Positions 25,013 through 36,500 of a stretch of 64,000 nt of DNA are shown in pieces. The notes beneath the pieces are model-generated. The model saw only the letters and a program-made list of their open reading frames with translations, searched no databases and was not told the DNA's origin. Made by a program: the position numbers and the translations under genes. The DNA is from Gonapodya sp. JEL0774 (lineage: Eukaryota). The first letter of the stretch is position 1; each line of letters begins with the position of its first letter. The DNA lies in NCBI GenBank assembly GCA_027604505.1, contig JADIIX010000004.1, positions 1 through 64,000 of the forward strand, read 5' to 3'.

Positions 25013-28000
25013 TCAGCTGATGTTTCTCGGCCGATATGCCGGTCCCCCACTTTCCATGCTCGCCATAGTCCCTCTCCGGCTCGTCTCGAATGTGGACAAA
25101 GTGCCTCTCCTGCTTGCAAGACTGTACCGCCTCTCTGCGCTACCTTCCGGCGCTAGTCCACGTGGAGGCTCGCTCGCACGCACAAAAGAGAGTAGGACGT
25201 CGGAAGCACCGCGGGTAATCGCTCGAGTCTCCACTGCGGCGATGTCTCGGGCGGCACCGAAGACTTCGTCGATATCTTCAAGACGCTTTTGTGCGGTTTC
25301 GGGAACAGAACACCAAACCCAAATGAATTCGACCTGTTTGTTGAATAGGATCGTTTGTCGAGAGGTACGAAGAAGAAGTCAAGATCTTTTTGACACAAGG
25401 TTCATCCACGAATCTACACTTACAAAACATGCGAAACCAAAGACAAGAAATTGTTTCGCACCTATTACCGTTGTTGCGTACGGCCACACTTTAGCGATGA
25501 TGGCGTTCCAGCCCCAATGGCTCACAGCTGCAACTGTCATACCCTTGCCGCGATACCGTATGGGAAAGATTTCCGTAGAGGTAACCCATGTAGCGGGACC
25601 TAGCGAGGCCGAAAATGATGCAACAAATGCGTACTGACAATGCGGATGTTCGATGAAAGTAAGCGAGGGGTAGCCGTCAAAACAACAGTGCCGCTCAATT
25701 CCAGAAACGGGCTCCAGTACGTTTCAGTCCAATACGGGACTCACCATGCTTACAATCCCCAGAGCACTGAAGGCGGATCGCATCGTTCCAGGTTCCGTGG
25801 ACTGGAATAGTCTAATCGCCAGTATGTCCCAACAGAGTTTAAATGGTCAGACAGTCACATAACCCCCAAAAAGACACCAGAACTTGAAGTGCTCCCAGAT
25901 GAACACTCACTGCACCCAGACAAAAGTTGAAACCATAGATAATCCCGCCGCCAAAGATCCAATCAGCAAGAGACCCCTCCTCCCGACTTTGGGGTTGTCA
26001 ATAAACGCCATGCCCAAAAATGTCAGGAGAAAGTTCACCACACTCTTCCCTGTGGTAGCCACCTGTGCCGCTATCGTCTTGTTTAATCCTAAGTCCAAGA
26101 ACAGACTTGAACTGTAGTACATAATTGCGTTGACGCCAGTGAGTTGCTGAAAAGCGAATATCCAAAATGCGAGTGCCGCCCGTCGGCGGAGTGAGGGATC
26201 GATGGCAATTGTGTACCAGTCCCATTTTCGAGGTTCAAAGTAAGATAAGGTGCCGTATGGGCCAGAGCCCCGGACAGTGGACGTGATTGATTCGAGGAGT
26301 TTGCAGTAGACTAACCAATACAATTGGTAGGAGAAGTGGAGGTGTCAATTTTCGTGGTGTGGGCTCTGACTTCGTCGAATCATACCCTGCTCCGCTTCCA
26401 TCCTGCCTTAAAACTCACTCTCCTGCATCTCTGGACTCTCTGCAGGCATGTCTGATATACGACTTAGCACCACAAGAGCCTGAGTATAATAGCCCTTGGC
26501 AATGAGATAACGTGGAGATTCCGGCAGAACATTGGTCGCAATAAAGACCAGGAGTAGCATGGCGGGGGCGAGCTGGACGACAGAAATTGGAGAAACAAGC
26601 GAGCACCAGTTAGCTTGGAGGCGAGAATTTGGCATCTTATCATGAAGGGAAGGAAAACTCGTCGAGGCATCCACACTACCACCCGTCATTGGCTAGTTGT
26701 TCCCCAGGTTCACCCATCAACATGTGAGTCCACTTGAACTGACCTGTAATCCCAAAGCCCACCTCCAGACGGAATTATTGGTCTCATTGCCCTCCTCGGG
26801 AAAAATGGCTGTAAGTACCGCATTAACGATGTTGGAACAGAGAATCCCGAGGGTGATCATGAGCTGGTCGGAGCTGACCATGCGACCACGAAAAGAGGGC
26901 TGAAAAGATACAATTCAAAAACTTGGTAAGCTCTGTTATGAACCACACATCGCTGTTCACCGCAAGTATTTGACGGAACAGGTTATAAACATAACACTCT
27001 CAAAAGTAACTCACCGGCGCACACTCTGCTAGATACAGCGGCACGGTTCCCGATATTAACCCAATCCCGACACCGGTGCACAAGCGGCCGATGTAGAGAA
27101 CGTCCAGGGTGGGTGAGGATATTTGAACTACTCCGCCAAGAAAATGAAGGAGAGTTCCGACCTTCATGCGGAAAAAGGGACAAAGAAACAAAGGATGTAG
27201 CGTTAAGCATACGTACACACGAGATACGGATACGGGAAGGAAGTACTGTGAATTTCGAATGTTTTGGAGAAGGCCACTGCCACCGCTTGACATGACCGAC
27301 TCGTCGCGTGCGTACATAGCTCCCCTTGAAAAGCACATCCACATGCCTGTGAACTCCGCTCGAAAACAGGAGAACCATAACGTCCAACCCCACAGTTGAT
27401 CGATTCACCGGCATTCCTCAATACTGAGTCCTGTTGGTGCAAGACAGCAGGGTAGCATCTTTCAAGCCATCGAACCCACCCTCGATTTGGCGACTGAACT
27501 TAAATGCCGCAGCATCATCCTCCACTCTTCCACATTTCATACTCACCAACAAACTGGCTCTCCTCCCCAAATTATCTGCGAACACCCACACCCCAAACGC
27601 ACCACCCACCGCACCCAGTAAGAACAGTGCAACAACATTGCCCTCAATACCTTGAGCGTCTGGAGTCTTGACGAGGACACCCTGGCCGTCGCGACTGTAA
27701 AGTGGGGAGGAGGGATCGGGCGACATGCCGAAGTAGATGCGGAAGGAGTCGAAGAGGAGGACTTGGTTGATAATGCCGATTTCGTATCCAAATAGAAGGC
27801 CCCCTGAAGACATTGGGAGGGAGAGGTGTGGGAATCATTGGGTGGTGGTTCGAAACAGAGGCAATAGTTCGAATCAGACGACACTTAAAAGTGTTGAAGG
27901 CTCCCGAGTTTATCACATTGATCATGCGAAACGCGTTCGCTGCACCAAGCGCTGTTACATCTGGGCTCACGTTAATGCCCCACCAACGAGTCAACTTTCA

Positions 28001-29063
28001 GAGCTCCACGGCTCTTCTCTTGTTGAAGTGCCAATACGACAAGACAGCTAGCCAAGCCAGGTCTCTTCGTCGATGGCTCTGTCGAATGCACCTGCGAACA
28101 CTAAGCGACCTCCTGTATGCCTCCACACCGTGATTATCAGTTCAGACTCTTGCTTGGTCAGTAGCGAAGCACTTCAAGGCCCACTACACAGATGGACGGG
28201 TCTCTACACGCGTCTCTGCACGGACTGAACACAGTACGTTACGCACCAACGGAGGAGGCGATTGCCAAGAATAAAGGGTACCATGCGAGACCAAACACCC
28301 TTCTACTGGAGTCGTACACTTTCAAGTGAGACTCCCTGTCCTTTTCAGAGTCCCTGCCCGAATCACGACCTGTGGCTGAACCGTTACAGGACTGCGACTG
28401 GCTTGCGGGGTGTAGCGTGGAGCACAACGGGGCCTGAAGGATGTTGAGGAGAGAGTGTGGGTCGCTGGGAGAGCCGATAGGAGCGTCTGGGGACGATACA
28501 CCAGGCAATGAGAGTTGAGGAGGTGAGAGAGGAGTCGCGAGGAATGCAGGGAGGAGGTGGGTCGACTCGGATGACGATGTAAGAGACGGTTGAAGAGAAG
28601 GTTGGAGAGCGCGGGGGGATCGCGAGGCGGAGCGAGAGCGGGATCGGGAGGGAGTACGAGAAAGGGAAGAGGAACGAGCGCTAACGTGCTTTGCGGGGCT
28701 GTTCGAGCCCTTAGACCTACTCCGTCGCGGCAGAGAGAGAGGTGCAGAGTGAGAGTCGGAGCGTGAGTGTGGGGGGGGGCTCGAGGTTGCGATGGAGTTC
28801 AGGGAGGACATGGAATTGGGGGAGAAGGACGATTGTGCCGTTCGAGAGGTATTAGCTGGGGAGAGTGAGAGTCTCCTGGTAACGTCTGGTGTGACTCGAA
28901 CCGGCGGCAGAAGCGAAGCTCTCCTGTTTCCAGCAGTTGGGTGGTGAAGAGCATGAAGATGGTCGACACTGCTAGTTACGCCTGCGCCGCCTCGCCCGCC
29001 CAGCATCACGCCCAGCCCAGCTATTCCTCCGAGTCCATTTTGCCGACTTTGCGGGGTCTGCAT
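25013..29063 (-). CDS. MFS sugar porter with long Ser/Arg-rich N-terminal extension
   Basis: ORF 28239-29063 splices (intron 27804-28246) to give LAIASSVG-GLLFGYEIGIINQVL. Also ADNLGRR, PLYLAECAP, PESPRYL, FQQLTGVNAIMYY, VGRR and PET motifs. Confidence 0.88.
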
Positions 29064-29674
29064 CCCAGTTCAGATCCGGCGGACCCCAAGAGATTCCCAG
29101 GTGACTCAGATCCGTGGTAGGGTTATGTTTTAGAAGAAATCCCCCTTCACAGCGAGTCCACGTTTCTACACTGTGGTGTGAAATGCGTGTCCCTAGCTGA
29201 ACCTGTAGCGAAATGGGAAGGGCGGGAAGGGTACAGGAGATCGGGTGGGAGACGGTTTTCAACGTCGCCAACTCAGACCACACCCCTGACCTCCTCCATC
29301 AAATGCAACCTTCTATGGCGAAAATCTCATCTCCGAGGAATTTTTTGAAGACAAGGAATTGACGAGAGCATCGTGAAACAGAATACGATCAAAGCCGATT
29401 TATGTGAGTGTACTCATCCCATGTCTTCTACCAACATGAATTGGGCAGGTCATGGTGGCACCGATGCGCCTCCTCAACCCTGAATGAGTAATGAATAAGC
29501 ACTGGGCGTGTAAGGGCGAACAAAGCACCGGAATTCTCAACCTGGCCTGCTAGGTTAGTCGTTCAAGATCCCGTCCCGCGCAAATGCATATGTACATAAG
29601 TAGAAGCCCTTATTGTATCAAAGCAAGAAATCAAAATGCTTTGGTGGGGCAGCTTCTGTTCCCTCGGACTTCTA

Positions 29675-31066
29675 CTATTGTTCATTTACACCCTTCTCGT
29701 CGCCTGCTTCGTCTGCTTCATCTGATTCTTTCCCATGTTCCGCGTTCCACCACCTCGTATCACATAATATGCTGCGAGTGAACCACGTTGTCCTTTCCCG
29801 CCCAATAATCCGGCTCAGTTCCCAACCCTCTTGAAGTTCCGTAATCACAGCCTCGCGAAGCTGTGGCAACTTGTCCGCCGATCCCACTTTTAGGCCCAGA
29901 CATTCCCTTCGTTTCTCCATTTGTACTATTTCAGTTGCCTGGTGGCGAGCACGGAAAGAGGAAGCACTCCCTGCGGGGAGTTCACTCGACAGAGAGTGTT
30001 GAAGCAACCGTTCACCACATTGGTGGAGGGCAAGAGAAAGCGAATGAAGTTTGGTTATTGTGGGAGAGGGTGCGGGTGCTGTGATTGGATGTGCAATTGC
30101 TGAAGCATCGACACTAGCAGTTTCCCGCGCAGAGACAGCAGAGAGAACCAAGATTTCATTCAATGATTGCTTGACACTTTCTTGATGACGTTGTTCAGTT
30201 GATGGTTCAGATGATGGATTGATGTTTGATGCATTCAAAAAATCTCCCCACAACTCCACAACCTCGGACATTCTCAGCCAAACGAGATAGTCATTTCGAG
30301 AATCAGAATACTGCTGAAAGGCAGAGAGCGCATCTATGGAATAAAAAAAAATAAGCAGAGACAAGCTGGTGTTAGAGCGCCACATAGACTGCGTATGTCA
30401 GCGGTTGAAACACCGACCGCCATACTTTCCAACTTTCCCATAAATAGTACCAGAGAGGAGCAGCACACCGGGTTCGTTCTCCAAATTCGTCTGACGTTGT
30501 TGAACATTGACGGTAATGGATCAGCAAGCGACATCATTATAACAACACTATATTGAGAACGCAATTCCAACACTCACCATTCTTTCCATGTGAGCTAGAG
30601 CTTCGCTCCAATTGCCAAGCCTAATCTGAGCGCGGGTGGCCAAATCATCCAGATCTCGAGACGGCCATGCTTTCCGCCTCTGTGAGTTGAACAATCGAAA
30701 TTCGTCCACTAATCGGATAACGTCATGATATCTTCCTCGATAATATAGCCATTCAGCAACTTCTCGGACTTCGGTAGCACCGTGGAGTCGGGTGAAGGCT
30801 TTTTGTACGAACGAGTGGTCGTTGAAGCGCTTCAATTGCACCTTACATAATTAATAAGAATGAGAAACGAGCGTCAAGAAAGTGACCTATTTTTAAGAGT
30901 GTGAATGCATGGGTTGTCGTGAATCTATTGACGATACCTCTTCAGTAGCCGATCTTGGAACGTAAGTCGCAGGTACTTCTCCATCCGTCTTTTTCCTTGG
31001 AGCTCGCGTTGCAGTGATGCTTTCTTCGCCATCATCGGCGTCCGCGAAGGCAAGAGCGTCATTCAT
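29675..31066 (-). CDS. Hypothetical TPR-like helical protein (resembles the C8orf76 family)
   Basis: Multi-exon. ATYVP..., WLYYRGRYHDVI..., RDLDDLATRAQIRLGNWSEAL resembles a TPR pair. The family assignment is from memory of the motif layout only. Confidence 0.5.
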
Positions 31067-31142
31067 TGGTCGACTTGTTACATAAATAAAAAGCCACCCG
31101 CGGCCGCATGATGTAGTCGGTTTTGGCCCAGAACTCGAACGA

Positions 31143-32323
31143 ATGGACATTGACCTTCGAGACCAAGCCTCACGCCTTCGCTCCCTTATCCTACTACCGG
31201 ACGAATTACGAGACATCGCCGCGGAGCGTCTTGTCCAGGCCGCCGGGTTCTCCACATCCACATTGTATAATCAAACGGCGCTTGAGCTCATCCAAGCGTT
31301 TTGCACGGCAGTCGATGAATCGATTGAGGAACTAGCGGACTGGGTACGTCTTGGTTTAAAATCTTATAAGCAAAGCGTTTCAATCAGTTCTGAAACAGGC
31401 GACTTTTTCGGTCATGGTTCCAATGGCATCATGATCCATTCAAGCAGCCGAGCATCCTGTTTTTCATCTCCCGATCTTGTGTCGATCTTTTAGACTCACC
31501 GCTCATACAGCCCCTTCTCGATAGAGTTCTCCTTCGAGGACTCCGGCATTCGAAAGGAACGTGGGACAATGAATTCCTCGATGCAAATCTTCTTGAACAA
31601 TACAGGAAAAACCGAAATCTTTACTTCCAATTACGGGAGACGACGAGATTGGCGTAAGCATTTCAGATTTTGTTCGAGAGAAGAAATATGTGCATGGAGT
31701 GCTGTCAAGCGTCTCCTCGTATCACACTCTGAAAATCTTCCCCATGGTCTGAAGGCTTTGCAATTATGATGATTGTTTCCTTTTCCGCGAGGTGATTACC
31801 CTACGATAAATCCTGTTTCAGTGAATGCCCATTTTGACCCTGGTGTCTCATTTGCAAACTAAGTTCTTGCAGTTCACCACGTCACTTGTTAACATAACCC
31901 AACTGGAAATTAAACCACCCTTAGGGGATGAACAAGTTTCTAATCGATCCACTTCTGAACCAATCATCGGTGAGCGAGAATAATCAGCCAACTTCTCCGC
32001 CGACGGATATACACTTCTCCACTTGCTTTGAAAATTCGCATGGAAGCAACTAAACTCTTCTATCATTTTTGCATGTGAATTCAGAGCCCACCTCCCCTCC
32101 CGACCCGCCAATCGCATGTTCACAGGCCAAACTGCCAACCCTACGCTCGATTTCATTTCCAACATCGCACCCGGTGGTCTGCCATTTCACACCATCACAG
32201 CTTCGAAAATGTGCTCATTTTGTGGCTGTTTTGTTGGAACGCTGGCATGATGTGCGTCTTGCAATAGTTGCAACGGCTGCAGAAGAATGGGCCAATTATT
32301 TGGACAGTGAATCAAATCTGTAA
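31143..32323 (+). CDS. Hypothetical protein, multi-exon
   Basis: Phase-consistent GT-AG exon chain MDIDLRDQ...LADW|PLLDRVLL...|LCNYDDCFLFRE|FTTSL...|EPTSPP...ESNL*. No recognised domain. Confidence 0.55.
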
Positions 32324-32443
32324 TGGTTGACGGAGGAGAAGCTCTCTGTATATTGACATATACCACATCGGAGCAACGCCTTTGCTCAGGGGTCCTGCGC
32401 ACAATTCCGAAAGGGACAATTCGTTGAACTGATTGCACTCGAC

Positions 32444-33229
32444 ATGTCACCCCCACCGTCATATCATGTTATTATAGTGGCTTCGCTAGCCGCAGGGTTC
32501 ATCGGTGTCACCAAGTGGAAGGCTATTACACTTGGTATTGTGCTTACGATGTCAGCGATCATCTTGAAGTGGGCACCGCTTACGAAGTCGGAGACACTCA
32601 AAGTAATGGTATCACTCCCCTTGGGGCTCGGATCCCTTCTTGGATACCTGATTCTACCTACGGAAACCCAGCTGCAGCATTTACAGGCTTTTACAAGGTA
32701 CATCAACACTGCTGTGGTGTTTAACATTGCGATGATGGCTTTCACCCCCTCTGGGAGTACGTGGAGAGGGCTGGGATGTCGTTTTGCATGCATTTGCCTC
32801 ACAGTTTGGCTTGTTCGGCAGTGCAGAAAGGTTTCTTGGCGGAATGTGAACTTTGATCACGGGACTTTTCAGTTTACGACCTCATCGGGACGCTGGATTG
32901 CTGCCCACGCAATTTACAGAGCGATACTCGTGACACTGCCACTTTTTGATTGGAGTCGACATGTGCTCATGGAGCCTGCGAGCATCGGATTCACTACCTT
33001 GCTTTGGAATTATTATGGACGCACGAAGCCATGGAGCCATCACTTTGGCATGGCGGACACCGTTGTTATGCCTATAATGGCGGCCATGACTTCGCTTTAT
33101 GAGACAGCTGTGGGGAGGATGGAAGGGACGACCGGAAGCGAACGATTCAGCAAGGAAGTAGATGTAACCATGTGCGCCGTAGTAACATGCGTAGGTTTAT
33201 TCGCTGCATACGAAGCAGCTCGACCGTGA
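32444..33229 (+). CDS. Intronless multi-pass membrane protein of unknown function
   Basis: 261-aa single-exon ORF with about 7 hydrophobic segments. Confidence 0.75.
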   Translation: MSPPPSYHVIIVASLAAGFIGVTKWKAITLGIVLTMSAIILKWAPLTKSETLKVMVSLPLGLGSLLGYLILPTETQLQHLQAFTRYINTAVVFNIAMMAFTPSGSTWRGLGCRFACICLTVWLVRQCRKVSWRNVNFDHGTFQFTTSSGRWIAAHAIYRAILVTLPLFDWSRHVLMEPASIGFTTLLWNYYGRTKPWSHHFGMADTVVMPIMAAMTSLYETAVGRMEGTTGSERFSKEVDVTMCAVVTCVGLFAAYEAARP

Positions 33230-33538
33230 AATCGAAGTTAGTTATACTCCATACGAACTTTGCACACCTGTGGAAAACGGGGATGTTCTCAATCTGCTGA
33301 ATATGACAGATGCATCTCGTCTTGGGATGCACTAATGCTTGTAATACAGTCACTACAAGCTATATGCCGATTTAATTTTCAGGTGACAGAGGTATGCAGG
33401 AGTTTTCTTGGACGAGAGCCAACCGACGCCAACCGAAGACAGTGTTCAGGCCTGAACCTTGCACCACCGCAGTTTAGCCATGGCCCAGAGCAGAGGCGAG
33501 CACCCAGCCTACCGACTGATGCGGCGCTCCCGGGCAGC

Positions 33539-36500
33539 ATGACAGAATTTGTGCCAACGTCTGATTTGAGGGCGCGTGCACGGGAAATCAAAGCGAACGC
33601 TCTGAGGTTTGTGGGAGAGAGCATTCTGTTCCATCACAATGTTCTCTCACCCGAAGCTCTTACATTTCCTCCTGCCCAAAAACTCTTTGCTTCCTCGTTT
33701 GGAAAAGCTCTGTCCTTGCACGCCGAGACGTACTCCTTCGGGAGCTCTTCCTTCGCAACCACAACGTCCTCAGTCTGGACGAGCCTTTCACCTCAGACAT
33801 ACAGCTCACTGGTGAAGTGGCTGAGAAGCTGGAAGAGTTTGTCAAGAGATCGCAGATAATATCGCCACAGCTAGTGAGTGGTGAAGCGTCCTTGCTGTTG
33901 TGTTTCATCACAGTTTGAGGAGTGCCGGAGCATTCTGTTTGAGATAGTAAATTGGACCTTGAAATGCTGCAAGGGCTCAATTGACTTCAAAAACTCATAT
34001 TGGCCTTCAAAGGAACTCAACCAACTCCGCTCCAGTCGTCTTGGGCTCGAATTACTAACAATGCGATCCCTTATGTGTTGTAAAGCTCTCGCAACAAACA
34101 CCATCATACGATATTTCCGCTCTAAAACTGCTTTCCAAGCCTCTGTCCTCGCGGCTCGCCCCGCAAACGGCGACACAGACGGATACCGTGGGAGCAGTCG
34201 GAACAGGAAGTGACACCGTTCTGCTTTCCCGGACAGCCCATAGTGAAGATGAGATGTCCGCACCTCACGCGCAGGAAGGTGTCGGTGGGAGGAACTCAAG
34301 TCCCATAGGGAGAGGAAAGGGTAATCAAGTGCAGGAGGTGAGACTAGTGGTGGTTCACAATGCCATTTTATAGAGGGCACTTGCAATTCGTGTTTTCAAC
34401 CACACATGTAGCAACCCCTCATCGCCACAGAAACTGGCCCTGGTCGAGTGTCTGTGCGCTTGCGTGACGCCCCACTGAAACCCCCAGCACCTCTTATCTC
34501 CACCGCCTCAAGAGCTCCTTCACAACCTTCTCGCCCAGATTCACCAAGAGTGCATTCGACATCAACGTTGGAATCTCCAAGTACTCTAGCTCTGGCATCA
34601 GTGGTCTTGACCCACCAGCCGGATCCTCTGTTCACACCGGCGCGGACTACCCCTACCACTTTTGGATCCATGCCATCACCGACGACAACTCACGCGCCAG
34701 CGGGATCACCCTCTAAGCTCAACGGAAGTGGGATTGTATCGATGATGCCTGATCTTACTAATAAGGAGGGTCCGACATCCACCAGCAAGGATGCTCCTTC
34801 CGACAACATGGAAGTGGATGTTCAGGTGGCAGTTGTCCATTCACGCCCCTCTCCCGAAGAACCTGTCGGTCCATTCCCTCTTGAACGGTCACCGTTGAAG
34901 GATATCGTGTCATCGATGGAGCACGCAACTGGACCCGCACTTGTCGCACCCAAGGTGGCTGAGGAACCTCAACATCCCCTGTTAACGGAACAATCGGCTG
35001 ACCAACATCCAACGACAACGACATCAGCACCAGCACAGTCCAGCGTTCTGGTACCTACTAAAGACGTCTTACCCTTACATTCCTTTGCTCCTTCACCTCA
35101 ATCCTCTTTGCAACACGGGCCGCCACTAAACACCCGCATCTCGGATTCTTCTTCTCGCCTTCCCTCTACCTCCAGTGCTATTGTTTACTCGTCCACAACC
35201 AGTCTCATCACTCGCGCGGCAAACTCTTCGGGGGGACCTGTGACCCCTCACAACACTGTTGCAAGTACACCAAAGCCCAAGGCACAAGATCCGCATGTGT
35301 GGAAAGCGAGAGTTGAAGCAGCGCCAGCCGGTGCGTGGTTGCGAGAGGCTGGCAATGCGGTTACTACGCAGGAGTGGAAGGCAAGTTTTCGAGTTGAAAT
35401 GATAACGCCGCAATTCAGGAAAGAAATTCCTCTCAACCACACTTCAGCTCGCGCGTGAAGAGTATAAGCACCGGCGTGTTTTGGACCGTGTGGACGAGCT
35501 CCGTGCTGCCGGCATGTGGAGCTTGCGTCAACTGAAGAAGCACAGGGAGCCAGCTCGAAGAAAGGCCCATAGGGACTTTTTGCTGGAAGAAATGGTAAGT
35601 GGCCGTGTTTATCCAGAGAGTTTGTGGTGGCGTGTCAAGTTAAATCGATTGGTGTTCATTACTCCGTGATTTTCAGAAATGGATGCAACAGGATTTCAAA
35701 CAAGAACGTCGGTGGAAGATCGCAGCGGCTTACACTCTTTCCCGTGCAGTCCTTGAGTTTCACTCTGCTCCAGTCAGTAAGTCTCGGGTAACTGTTTTCG
35801 GATGGGTACAGGTGAGTGGTGGCCCAGGGGACAAGACAGCTTTGGAGAGCGTCCACGTAAGTTGGGTAGATGCCTTTTCTCAATCATAGGAGTCGTGCTG
35901 AACATTCTTCGACTTAAGCGGCCGTCGCGATACGGGAAGCCTAGAGCAATCTCTGTGCAAGTTGGTCACGATCCATCTATCTTGGACCAAGTCGCAGGGA
36001 ACGCGCACTTATTGCCTGGCAATTCTGCTGATGACGGCGTGTCAGTTTCCACGTTTCATGATTCGCTTGTTGCCAGTGACTTGCAGAGAGGCACTGGATC
36101 TGCTGGATCGGAGCTCAAGCATGATCAACGCGTTCCAGAGGATGGGCGACCGATGATCCCCTTCCGCGGAGGTTGGAAAGGAAAGGGGGGACCTTACAGC
36201 GGCACGGTAAATCCACGACTTCTTTTACCGACCGATTTGGAGCCCGCAGCCCGAGTTTTACCTGCATCATCGTCGATCTTGACCTATTCTGCTCACGGAC
36301 ACTCAGTCCCAGAGATTGGTGCCCTCGCACCTCCGAACCCAGAGGATTCATCTCCTAGGCTAGATCCAGTGGACACTGCGGTTGTACCGGTCTCCAGATA
36401 CATGACTCGGAAAACACGATACGTCGAAATGCGATGGGACAAATCCGGGAAAGAGTCCAAAGATTTCAAAGAGCCCCCAGTGAAGGCGCTACAAGGAGAC

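Noticed and set aside
27845..27880. Two GTTCGAA motifs resembling tRNA T-loops
   Set aside because: No cloverleaf or A-box can be formed, and they lie inside a transporter intron.
33260..34386. ORFs 33260-33859, 33878-34213 and 33871-34386 as a separate gene, or as a host gene split by a nested insertion at 32444-33229
   Set aside because: Phase-consistent splicing from ATG 33539 assigns this region to the EAF1 N-terminal exons and introns.
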